Assembly: GCA_964291675.2 (NCBI GenBank)
Contig: OZ219865.1
Span: 160,001 to 224,000 of the forward strand
From: Alphaproteobacteria bacterium
GTDB lineage: Bacteria; Pseudomonadota; Alphaproteobacteria; MPNO01
Direction: 5' to 3'
DNA length: 64,000 bases
Part shown: piece by piece, positions 19,731-28,405 of the stretch
How the letters are laid out: every line of letters starts with the position of its first letter
Position numbering within the stretch: the stretch's first letter is position 1
Position numbers and translations under genes: made by a program
The notes under the pieces: generated by a model
Database searches by the model: none
What the model was told of the DNA's origin: nothing
What the model saw: only the letters and a program-made list of their open reading frames with translations

Positions 19731-21266
19731 ATGCGCAACAGCATCCGGATCGCCCGCCTTGCCGCGGTCGCGCTGCCAGCCCTGTTGATCGCCACCCAGA
19801 GCGGCGCGCAATCGCCGCCGAGCGCCGAGGCGCTGGCGACAGAGATCGAGACTCTCAAGCGGGACTACGAAGCGCGCCTCGATGCCCTCGAGTCGCAGCT
19901 CTCGGCACTCAAGGCGCGGTCCGAGAGCGCCGAAGCAAGGCCCGCCGCGCCCGCCGCGTCCGCCAAGCCGCCGCCCGACCGCGCGTTCAACCCGGCGATC
20001 GGCGTCGTCTTCGACGGCCGGTATGCGAGCTTCTCGGCCGAGGAGTCGGCGATTCCGGGGTATCCGACCGGCCACGAGTCGGAGCGCGCTCCGGAAGGCC
20101 TCTCGCTCGGCCACAGCGAGGTGACGCTTTCCGGCAATATCGACGACAAGTTTCGCGGCGGCCTCACGCTCGGTCTCGGCGCCCACCCGGGCGAGCCGAC
20201 GGAGGTCGAGCTCGAGGAGGCCTATGTCCAGACCCTGCCGGGCGCCGGGCTGCTGGAAGGCATGCGGGTCAAGGCGGGACGGGCGCTCTGGACCTTCGGC
20301 TATCTCAACGAGCAGCACGCCCATGGCGACGATTTCGCGGACCGGCCGCTGCCCTACCGGGCGTTTCTCGACAACGCGTTCAACGATGACGGCGTCGAGG
20401 TCTCCCTTGTCCTGCCCGCCGAGGTCTACGCCGAATTCGGCGGCGGCCTGTTCCGCGGCGACGACAGGCCGCTATTCGGCGGCTCGGACAACGGACTCAG
20501 GGCGCGGTCGCTCTACGCGCGGGTCGGCTGGGATATGGGGCGCGACGCGGCGGTGCGCGTCGGCGCGTATCTGCTCGACGGCAAGTCGCGGAACCGGGCC
20601 GGTGGAGGTCACGGCCATGCCCACGAAGACGAGGACGCGCACGAGGACGAACACGCCCACGAGGACGAGGACGCCCACGAGGACGAGCACGCCCACGAGG
20701 ACGAGCACGGGGACGAGGACGAGCACGCCCACGAGGACGCGCACGAGGACGAGGACGAGCACGCGCATGAAGACGAGCACGCGGACGAGGACGAACACGC
20801 CCACCATGACCATGCCGAGTTCTTCACCGATGGCATGTTCACCGGCACTTCGCGGCTCTACGGCATCGACGTCCGCTTCACGCTGGCCCCGACCGGCAAC
20901 GCGCGGGAGAGCGAGGTGATCCTCCAGGGCGAGTATTTCTGGCGCCGGGAAGACGGAACCTATGCGTTGGAGGACGAGAGCGAAGACTTCGACTCCATCG
21001 CGCAAGGCTGGTACGTCCAGGGGGTCTACAAGCCCGCGCCGAGCTGGCGGATCGGCGCCCGCTATGCCAGGCTGTCCCCGCCCGGCGGCTCCGATCTCGA
21101 CCACGATTCCCAAGCCTTCGGTGCGATGGTCGACTGGACCAACAGCGAGTTCGGACGGATCCGGCTGCAATACAATCACGAAGATCTCAACGGCCGGGAG
21201 CAGGACAACCAGATCATCCTGCAATACGTGATGAGCCTCGGCGCCCACGCCGCGCATAGTTTCTGA
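19731..21266 (+). CDS. Zinc-regulated outer-membrane beta-barrel/porin-like protein with a His/Glu-rich loop
   Basis: Signal peptide, coiled coil, FNPAIGVVFDG, LEEAY, FGYLNEQHAH, C-terminal SLGAHAAHSF. Confidence 0.72.
   Translation: MRNSIRIARLAAVALPALLIATQSGAQSPPSAEALATEIETLKRDYEARLDALESQLSALKARSESAEARPAAPAASAKPPPDRAFNPAIGVVFDGRYASFSAEESAIPGYPTGHESERAPEGLSLGHSEVTLSGNIDDKFRGGLTLGLGAHPGEPTEVELEEAYVQTLPGAGLLEGMRVKAGRALWTFGYLNEQHAHGDDFADRPLPYRAFLDNAFNDDGVEVSLVLPAEVYAEFGGGLFRGDDRPLFGGSDNGLRARSLYARVGWDMGRDAAVRVGAYLLDGKSRNRAGGGHGHAHEDEDAHEDEHAHEDEDAHEDEHAHEDEHGDEDEHAHEDAHEDEDEHAHEDEHADEDEHAHHDHAEFFTDGMFTGTSRLYGIDVRFTLAPTGNARESEVILQGEYFWRREDGTYALEDESEDFDSIAQGWYVQGVYKPAPSWRIGARYARLSPPGGSDLDHDSQAFGAMVDWTNSEFGRIRLQYNHEDLNGREQDNQIILQYVMSLGAHAAHSF
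20610..20816 (+). repeat. Coding tandem repeat, ~18-nt units encoding HEDE(D/H)A
   Basis: About 11 imperfect units of cacgaggacgag(g/c)acgcc. Confidence 0.9.
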
Positions 21267-21269
21267 GCC

Positions 21270-22193
21270 ATGGCCGCGATACCGAAGCGGCTGGCGCCGG
21301 TCCTGGTCGCCGGCCTCGCGGCGCTCGCACCCTCCGGGGCGGCGGCCGATGTCCGGGTGTTCGCCTGCGAGCCGGAATGGGCGGCGCTGGCAGGCGAGAT
21401 CGGCGGCGACAGCGTGACGGTCTACTCGGCAACCCACGGACGCCAGGATGCCCATTTCATCCGCGCGCGGCCCAGCCTGATCGCGCAGGTGCGACGCGCC
21501 GACATCGTGTTCTGCTCTGGCGCGGAGCTCGAAATCGGCTGGCTTCCGGTACTGATGGAGCGCGGCGCCCGGCTCGGGGTGCAGCCCGGGCAGCCCGGAC
21601 ATCTCATGGCGGCCGACCACGTCGAAGTCATGGAACGGCCCGAGAGGATCGATCGCAGCCTCGGCGACATCCATCCGAGCGGCAACCCGCATGTCCACCT
21701 CGACCCGGGCAATATCGCTCGCCTCGCGGTCGAGCTGGCCGGACGGCTGGTGCGCGTCGATCCGGCCAACGAGGCAGCGTATCGGTCCCGGCTGGCGGAT
21801 TTCCAGGCGCGATGGGGCGCGGCGGCGAAGCGCTGGCGCGCACGCGCCGAAGGGCTTCGCGGCATGAAGGTCGTCGTCCACCATGCCGCATGGGTCTATC
21901 TGATCCGCTGGACCGGTCTGGATCGGGTCGCCAGGCTGGAGCGGATCTCCGGGGTCCCGCCGACGGCATCCCATTTGGGGAGTCTCGTCAAGAGGGTGCG
22001 GACGACCGGTGCCGCCGCCATTCTGCTCGCGCCGCACGATCCGGGCGACGCGGCGGACTGGTTGTCGCAACGGACCGGCGTGCCCGTCGTCGAGCTTCCC
22101 TTCACCGTCGGCGGTCAGGACGAGGCACGCGATCTCTTCGCCCTGTTCGACGTGACGCTCGCGCTGCTGGAGCAAGCCCGCGATCGATCCTGA
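21270..22193 (+). CDS. Zinc/metal ABC substrate-binding protein (ZnuA/TroA family)
   Basis: QDAHFIRARPS, GDIHPSGNPHVHLDP, VVHH. Confidence 0.85.
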   Translation: MAAIPKRLAPVLVAGLAALAPSGAAADVRVFACEPEWAALAGEIGGDSVTVYSATHGRQDAHFIRARPSLIAQVRRADIVFCSGAELEIGWLPVLMERGARLGVQPGQPGHLMAADHVEVMERPERIDRSLGDIHPSGNPHVHLDPGNIARLAVELAGRLVRVDPANEAAYRSRLADFQARWGAAAKRWRARAEGLRGMKVVVHHAAWVYLIRWTGLDRVARLERISGVPPTASHLGSLVKRVRTTGAAAILLAPHDPGDAADWLSQRTGVPVVELPFTVGGQDEARDLFALFDVTLALLEQARDRS

Positions 22194-22944
22194 CCTGCTC
22201 CTGATCGTCGCCCCGGCCTTCGTGGTCGGGCTGGTCGTCTCGGCGGTTCACGCCCCGCTCGGGATCGAGGTGCTGCGGCGGGGCATCGTGTTCATCGACC
22301 TGGCGACGGCGCAGATCATCGGCCTGGCGATCGTCCTGCTCGGCCTGTTCTTCCACGAACCGTCCTGGCTGCTGCGCCAATCCGCGGCGTTCGGCACCGG
22401 GATCGGCGTCGCCCTGTTCTTCCGCTGGATCGAGCGCAAGACCCCGGAGGAGCAGGAGGCGGTGATCGGCAGCTCCTTCATTCTCGCCGCCTCGGTGGCC
22501 CTGCTGGCGCTGGCCGACGACCCGCATGGCGGCGAGGCCCTGCGGCATTTGCTGTCGGGCCAGATCCTGTTCGTCTCCTGGGGCGACATCGCCGTCTTCC
22601 TGCCGGTATACGCCCTGGTCGCGCTGGTTTGGGCCGCGGTTCCGCGGGCGCGAAGCGGCGCCGGCTTCTTCGTGCTGTTCGCGCTGGCGATCACCGCGTC
22701 GGTCCAGCTCGTCGGCGTCTACGTGGTGTTCGCGAGCCTCATCCTGCCCGCTCTCGCGGCGCGCTCGGGCGGCGGGTGGGACCTCAGGCGGGCATTCGCC
22801 AGCGGCGCCGCCGCGGTGGTGGCGGGGGTGCTGATCTCGACCGCGGCCGACCTGCCCGCGGGACCGTTCCTCGTCGCCTGCTTCGCCGTCTCGGCGGTGG
22901 CGACGCGGCTGCTGTTGCGCCCCGGCCCTAGCGGCGGCGGGTGA
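22183..22944 (+). CDS. Metal ABC transporter permease (ZnuB/ABC-3 family); start uncertain (ATC at 22183 or GTG at 22222)
   Basis: HAPLGIEVLRRGIVFIDLA, LLSGQILFV, VQLVGVYVVFASLILPA. Confidence 0.82.
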   Translation: MDPDLLLIVAPAFVVGLVVSAVHAPLGIEVLRRGIVFIDLATAQIIGLAIVLLGLFFHEPSWLLRQSAAFGTGIGVALFFRWIERKTPEEQEAVIGSSFILAASVALLALADDPHGGEALRHLLSGQILFVSWGDIAVFLPVYALVALVWAAVPRARSGAGFFVLFALAITASVQLVGVYVVFASLILPALAARSGGGWDLRRAFASGAAAVVAGVLISTAADLPAGPFLVACFAVSAVATRLLLRPGPSGGG

Positions 22945-23590
22945 GGATGGTCGAGCCGTCGCGCGCCTTGCGCGAGATCTGCAGCAGCCCGCCCTTCTCG
23001 TCATACCAGAAGTCGCGCGTGGCCTTGCCCGTCACCCGGTAGCGCAGCGCCGGGATCGTCCGGCCGCCGAGCTTGAGCGCCGTCTTCTCCGGCGGGCTGA
23101 CGGCGATCGCGTCGACCGCGCCGGTGACCGTGTTGATCACCGATTTCTCGGCCAGCACGTCGACGTTCCAGAACTCCGAGGTCTTGAGCTTCCGGTCCAC
23201 GATGCGCGATCCGGCGGTGCCCGCGATCGCCAGCCCGTCCGTGCGCGCGCTCACGTTGAGGCGGGATTTTTCGCCGTTGTTGTCCGTTGTGGCGGTGTAG
23301 CTCTGCACCATCCCGCCCCGCCACACCGAACGCGCGCTGCGCTCGAAGCGGTGAACCGTGACGAAGAACTTCTTCACCTTGATCTCGACCCTGGTGTCGA
23401 CCACCAGCCGCTCGCCCTCGCGCGCGAAGGTGAGCACCTGGCGGCCGATCTCGTCGCCGTCCCGGGTGATGGTGAATTCGAGCCGCTTGCCGGGCGGAAC
23501 CCAGGGCTCCGCCAAGGCCGGGAAGATCGGGAGAGTCGCCGCCAGCGTGGCGGCGAGGAGAATGGCCGTACCCGCGATCTTCATGGTCAT
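22928..23590 (-). CDS. Secreted protein, DUF6134-like
   Basis: Signal peptide; LEFTITRDGDEIGRQ...DFWYDEKGGL. Confidence 0.65.
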   Translation of the reverse strand: MTMKIAGTAILLAATLAATLPIFPALAEPWVPPGKRLEFTITRDGDEIGRQVLTFAREGERLVVDTRVEIKVKKFFVTVHRFERSARSVWRGGMVQSYTATTDNNGEKSRLNVSARTDGLAIAGTAGSRIVDRKLKTSEFWNVDVLAEKSVINTVTGAVDAIAVSPPEKTALKLGGRTIPALRYRVTGKATRDFWYDEKGGLLQISRKARDGSTILTRRR

Positions 23591-24726
23591 GTCCTGAAAT
23601 GCTTGGAGAGTTGCAGCCGCTGGCCCTGATAGGCCGAGCCGATGCCGCGGCCGTAGATCCGGTCCGAAATGTCGGTCAGCCGGAGATAGCGCAGCCCGCC
23701 GATCACCTGCTCGTGCTCGAGCAGGAAGGGCACGTCGTGGCTGCGCACTTCGAGCACCGCGCGGCTGCCCGCGCCGCCGGCCCCGTCCCAGCCGAACCCG
23801 GGGTCGAAGAAGCCGGCGTAGTGGACGCGGAACTCGCCGACCTCGGTGTCGTAGGCGATCATCTCGGCGGCATGATCGGGCGGCACGGCGATCGCCTCGC
23901 GGGTCGCGAGGATGTAGAAGTCATCCGGGTTCAGGATGATCCCGCGCCCGGGGCAGGCATGGATGGGCTCCCAGAAATCGTTCGCGTCGTAGCCGCCGAC
24001 AAGGTCGAAATCGACGATCCCGGTATGCTGCTTGGCGCGGAAGCCGATCAGCGAGCCGCTGCCGTCCCCTTCGAGGTCGAGGCGGAGCGGCAGCCCGCCG
24101 TCGCGGCGCCCGGAACCCTCCATCTCGGGATCGACGAGTCCGACATCCTGCTGCAATTGCCGCAGCCTCGTGGCCGGGATGACGGGCGTGCCGCGGTGCA
24201 GGCGGAGCTGGTTCAGCCGGCTTCCCTTGCGGACCAGGATGGAGAATGTGCGCGGCGAGACTTCGGCGTAGAGGCGGCCGTGATAGCCGCGCGCGACGGC
24301 ATCGAAGCGGCTCGACCGGTCGGTGATCAGCCGGGTGAAGACGTCGAGCCGGCCGGTCGAGCTGCGCGGATTGGCGAAGGCCGCGATCGGGCTGTCGAGC
24401 GCCAGGTGTTCGAGCAGGGGGACGATATAGACGCAGCCGCGCTCCAGCACCGCGCCGCCCTCCAGGTCGATCTCGTGCATCCCCAACGCCTCGACCTTCT
24501 CATCCACCGTGGCCTCCGGCCCCGGCAGGAAGCTCGCCTGCACCCGGTAGGCCACCGGGCCGAGGCGCAGATCGAGGCTGGCCGGCTGGATCATGTCCCG
24601 GGCGAACTCGCTGGTCGCGGCGATCGTCCGGTCGCGGATCAGCGCCGCGATGGTCTGCGCGGGGAAAATACCGGTGCCCGACGGCGAGGACGGGCCGCCG
24701 GACGGGAACAGCGAGTCGGAAGTCAC
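23587..24726 (-). CDS. dcd: 2'-deoxycytidine 5'-triphosphate deaminase (long alphaproteobacterial type)
   Basis: [41 protein letters not shown]; start uncertain. Confidence 0.9.
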   Translation of the reverse strand: MTSDSLFPSGGPSSPSGTGIFPAQTIAALIRDRTIAATSEFARDMIQPASLDLRLGPVAYRVQASFLPGPEATVDEKVEALGMHEIDLEGGAVLERGCVYIVPLLEHLALDSPIAAFANPRSSTGRLDVFTRLITDRSSRFDAVARGYHGRLYAEVSPRTFSILVRKGSRLNQLRLHRGTPVIPATRLRQLQQDVGLVDPEMEGSGRRDGGLPLRLDLEGDGSGSLIGFRAKQHTGIVDFDLVGGYDANDFWEPIHACPGRGIILNPDDFYILATREAIAVPPDHAAEMIAYDTEVGEFRVHYAGFFDPGFGWDGAGGAGSRAVLEVRSHDVPFLLEHEQVIGGLRYLRLTDISDRIYGRGIGSAYQGQRLQLSKHFRT

Positions 24727-24781
24727 CGGCGGGCGGCCTCGGAATGGAGTGCGCGACGGCGCCGCGACAGGCGCGTCGGGA

Positions 24782-24811
24782 AAGGGTAGCGATTCCGCGC
24801 CGGCGATCAAC
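24782..24811 (-). promoter_or_regulatory. Putative sigma70 promoter of dcd
   Basis: Minus strand TTGATC-N16-TACCCT with a preceding GC, resembling the alphaproteobacterial TTG...GCTANNNT pattern. Confidence 0.4.
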
Positions 24812-24899
24812 GGCGCCGGCCGCCGCCGGGCATTGCCGTTTGATCTCGGTTGCGAAGGCGGCTAGATTCGCAATGGCTGCGCGTATCGACGGGGTACCG

Positions 24900-25091
24900 A
24901 TGAGATTTTTCGGCCGGCGCGCGCTCGGGAACCTTCTCCGCTGCTCGTTCTGCGGCAAGAGCGAGCATGACGTCCGCAAGCTGATCGCCGGCGGGGGTAA
25001 CACGGTGCTCATCTGCGACGAGTGCGTCGAAATCTGCGTGGACATCATCCGCGACTCCAACGGGACCGAGCAGCCCCGTCATCCCGGGTAG
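24900..25091 (+). CDS. Stand-alone ClpX C4-type zinc-finger protein
   Basis: [17 protein letters not shown]...[13 protein letters not shown] followed by a stop; no AAA+ domain. Confidence 0.8.
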   Translation: MRFFGRRALGNLLRCSFCGKSEHDVRKLIAGGGNTVLICDECVEICVDIIRDSNGTEQPRHPG

Positions 25092-25246
25092 TCCCGAAAG
25101 GCCCCTGTGAGGCGCCGACGCGAGCCGCGCCGCCGAGGAAGGGTAGCGATTCCACCCCAGCGATCGATGATGTCGGCATCCGCCGTCATTTCGACCGACC
25201 CCGGACTCGTTCGGGGGAAACGGAGAAATCTCCCTGACTCCCTACA

Positions 25247-25267
25247 TCATGCCCGGACTTGATCCGG
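25247..25267. repeat. Truncated REP-like palindrome at the island boundary
   Basis: tcatgcccggacttgatccgg, same family as the 7332 copy but lacking its right arm. Confidence 0.5.
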
Positions 25268-25472
25268 AGACACAAAGAACCCCAGACTGGTAACGACGCG
25301 CTCCGACGCGTAACGACCGATTTTCTACTAACTTGTTGTCGTACATCGTGTTTTTTGCCCTGCATCAGCCTCCCGCCCCTTGCATTTCGACACTCAAGTC
25401 CCTAGATTCGACGCTGACTTGACGTCCAGAACTCACGATTTGATGACTGGTTTTCGGGTCGGGGGAAACGGG

Positions 25473-26657
25473 ATGCCGAAGCGAAGCACCCTCAGACTGA
25501 CCAAGCGGATTGTGGAGCGGCTGAAGACCGAGGGCAAGGACGCGATCTTCTGGGACCGCGACCTGGCCGGCTTCGGTGTGCGGGTCCACACCACCGGGCG
25601 CAAGCTCTACATCGTCCAGTCGCGCGGGCCGGCCGGCCTGAAACGGGTCACCCTCGGCCGGGTCGGCACCGAGACGGTCGACGTGCGCCGGCGCGAGGCC
25701 GCAGCCGTCATCGACCGCATCAAGCGGGGCGAGGATCCGATCCCTTCGGAACCGCCGCCTGAACCCACCGTTGCCGATCTGGCCGAGCGCTGCCTTGAGA
25801 AGTTCGTAGCCGTGCGGTGCAAGCCGAGCACGGCCAGGAACTACCGGCTGGCCATCCAGCACCACATCCTCCCCGCCCTGGGAGAGAAGGCCCTGAAGGA
25901 TGTCGGGCCGGAGGACGTGACGGCGCTGCACCACGCGCTGCGGGACAGGCCCGCGGCGGCCAATCAGGCGACGTGGGTGCTTTCCAGGATGTTTGCGCTC
26001 GCCGAGAACTGGGGGATGGTGCCGCCCGGCCGCAAGCCGACCCGCCATGTCCGCCAATACCGCGCGACATCCCGCGAGCGGTTCCTGACACCCGAGGAGT
26101 ACCGGCTTCTCGGCGCGACGCTGACCAGGCTGGAAACCGAGGGCTCGATGATGCCCTCCGCTGTCGCGGCGATCCGCCTGCTGATGCTGACCGGCTGCCG
26201 GTCGGACGAGATCCTCACCCTGAAATGGGACGACATCGACCGTACGGCGCGGGTGCTGCGGTTGCGCGATTCGAAGACGGGTCCCCGCATGGTGCCGCTG
26301 ACCGGGCCGGTGCTGAAGGTGCTCGACGGCATCGAGCGGGAAGACGGCGTTCCCTGGGTCCTCCGGGGCGCCAAGCGGGGTTCCCGGCTGGCCTGCCTCT
26401 CTCACCACTGGCGGTGGATCAAGCGGGAGACCGGGCTCCGCGACGTGCGGGTCCACGACCTCAGACATTCCTACGCCTCCCGCGCGCTCGCCCTGGGCGA
26501 GGGCCTGCCGGCGATCGGCCGGCTGCTCGGCCATGTCCGGGTCTCCACCACCGCCAAGTACGCTCACCTGGTGCGCAACGCGGAGAAGACAGCCGCCGCC
26601 CGCACCGGCGACAGCATCGGCGCCCAGATCGTTCCGGGCCGCGCCGAGGCGGCGTAA
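25473..26657 (+). CDS. Tyrosine recombinase/integrase with arm-binding domain (copy 1)
   Basis: WDRDLAGFGVRV; TGCRSDE, DSKTG, HDLRHSYAS, LLGH...TTAKYAH. Confidence 0.93.
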   Translation: MPKRSTLRLTKRIVERLKTEGKDAIFWDRDLAGFGVRVHTTGRKLYIVQSRGPAGLKRVTLGRVGTETVDVRRREAAAVIDRIKRGEDPIPSEPPPEPTVADLAERCLEKFVAVRCKPSTARNYRLAIQHHILPALGEKALKDVGPEDVTALHHALRDRPAAANQATWVLSRMFALAENWGMVPPGRKPTRHVRQYRATSRERFLTPEEYRLLGATLTRLETEGSMMPSAVAAIRLLMLTGCRSDEILTLKWDDIDRTARVLRLRDSKTGPRMVPLTGPVLKVLDGIEREDGVPWVLRGAKRGSRLACLSHHWRWIKRETGLRDVRVHDLRHSYASRALALGEGLPAIGRLLGHVRVSTTAKYAHLVRNAEKTAAARTGDSIGAQIVPGRAEAA

Positions 26658-26669
26658 GGAGACCGCGCG

Positions 26670-27848
26670 ATGGCAGTGCACAAGAGGAGCCTCACCAACC
26701 GCGCTGTAGCGGCGCTCAAAGTCGAGCGCGACACGGTCTACTGGGACCGCGACCTCCCCGGCTTCGGGGTCCGGGTCTATCCCGGCGGCGGCAAGGTCTT
26801 CATCGCCCAGGCGCGGGAGCCCGACAAGACAACCAAGCGGGTGACGGTCGGACGGCACGACGTGCTCAATGCCGACCAGGCCCGCCAGCGGGCGGCGTTC
26901 ATCATCACGCGCATCAGGGCGGGCGAGGATCCGGTGCCCCTGCCGCTCGCGGCCAGGCTCAACGGCGGTCCGACCGTGGCCGACCTCGCCGAGCGCTATC
27001 TCGAAGAGCATGCCGCGGTGCGGATCAAGCCGAGGACACGGCTGCGCGTCCGCGGCATGCTCCGCAATCACATCCTGCCGGCTCTCGGCAGGCTGCCGCT
27101 CGAGGCGGTGGAGCCGAGCCATGTCGTCGAGCTGCACCAGACGCTGTCCGACCGGCCGATCACCGCGAACAAGTGCGTCAAGGTCCTGTCGCACATGTAC
27201 CGGCTTGGCGCGGGATGGGGCCTGGTGCCGGAGGGCTTCAATCCCTGCAGGTCGGTCGAGAAATACCCCGAGCGGTCCCGCGAGCGTTTCCTCACCGATG
27301 CCGAGTTCGCCCGGCTGGGGCGGGTGCTGGACGAGGCGGTCGACAGCGGCGGCGCTCCGCTGAAGGCCGTGACGGCGATCCGCCTGCTGATACTGACCGG
27401 CTGCCGCAAGAGCGAGATCCTGACCCTGCGCTGGTCCGACGTCGATCTCGACACCGGCGAGCTCCATCTCGGCGAAGCCAAGACCGGTCCCCGTGCGGTC
27501 CAGCTGGCGCCGACGGCGGTGGCGCTATTGGAAGCGCTGCCGCGACGGAAGGACAGCCCCTGGGTGTTCCCCGGCAACGACCGCAACGGGCGCTACAGCG
27601 GCGGCGGTCTCGACCATGCCTGGCGGACCGTGCGGGCTGCGGCCGGGCTGCAAGACGTCAGGCTTCACGACCTCAGACACAGCTTTGCGTCCCGTGCGCT
27701 GGCGCTCGGCGAGACCCTGCCGGTGATCGGCAAGCTGCTCGGCCACAGCGACATCGAGACGACGGCGCGCTACGCCCATCTGGCGCAGGATTCGATCCAA
27801 GAGACGGCGGAGCGGATCGCCGAGAGCATTGCAGCCGACATACTGTAG
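26670..27848 (+). CDS. Tyrosine recombinase/integrase with arm-binding domain (copy 2)
   Basis: WDRDLPGFGVRV; TGCRKSE, EAKTG, HDLRHSFAS, LLGH...TTARYAH. Confidence 0.93.
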   Translation: MAVHKRSLTNRAVAALKVERDTVYWDRDLPGFGVRVYPGGGKVFIAQAREPDKTTKRVTVGRHDVLNADQARQRAAFIITRIRAGEDPVPLPLAARLNGGPTVADLAERYLEEHAAVRIKPRTRLRVRGMLRNHILPALGRLPLEAVEPSHVVELHQTLSDRPITANKCVKVLSHMYRLGAGWGLVPEGFNPCRSVEKYPERSRERFLTDAEFARLGRVLDEAVDSGGAPLKAVTAIRLLILTGCRKSEILTLRWSDVDLDTGELHLGEAKTGPRAVQLAPTAVALLEALPRRKDSPWVFPGNDRNGRYSGGGLDHAWRTVRAAAGLQDVRLHDLRHSFASRALALGETLPVIGKLLGHSDIETTARYAHLAQDSIQETAERIAESIAADIL

Positions 27849-27872
27849 GGACTCTGCTTGGGTTCCCGCAGC

Positions 27873-27917
27873 GACCCTGTGCGGCTGCACGACTTACGCC
27901 ACTCTTGTGCGGCATAG
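27873..27917 (+). pseudogene. Integrase box-II relic
   Basis: Translates DPVRLHDLRHSCAA*. Confidence 0.5.
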
Positions 27918-28405
27918 CCTCCTAACACACTGTTATCATTGATATAATTTTTCTGATACAAAATCCGTAACCGAATAGTCACCGGATTCGATCATATCCT
28001 AGGCGACGCATGAGTAAACGTTTCGACGGGCCGTCCTGATCGGCTGAAATGCGCCGTTTTCGCGCGCCGGACGCAGTGGCGGGCGGTGGGCTCCACGGCC
28101 GGATGGAACGTTTACGCGCGTGGCGCATCCCGCGCCTGCTGAGCCCCACCTATCCGGAATCGCCCATCCCACAGCAACAGCCTTGGCCGCCACGTCGGTA
28201 CATGGTCCAGCCGCCTTTGACAGTGGAGCGAGGTTCCAAGGCCGCGCCATGGCGGTGCGCGTCATAGTTGATCCACACGGTTCAAAGTCCAAAAAGTATT
28301 GCTTTTCACCTGAGAGCAGTTATGTTATTGGTTTTCGTGACCAGTTATCGTTTTGCACGAAATGGCGGCGAGTTCGCACCGCTACGGGAGCGTAACAATT
28401 TAGTC

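Noticed and set aside
20610-20816. Regular short repeats resembling a CRISPR array
   Set aside because: No unique spacers; in-frame coding repeat; no cas genes in the window
24744-25091. Full clpX gene
   Set aside because: Only the zinc finger is present; no ATPase domain follows in any frame
25090-25470. tRNA or tmRNA integration target next to the integrases
   Set aside because: No cloverleaf or T-loop/CCA pattern recognisable by eye; tRNAscan-SE or ARAGORN would settle it
25365-27467. Long antisense ORFs (also 7301-9040, 20472-22175, 43939-45537, 52078-54741, 53769-56405)
   Set aside because: Shadow frames of well-supported genes in high-GC DNA; no recognisable motifs
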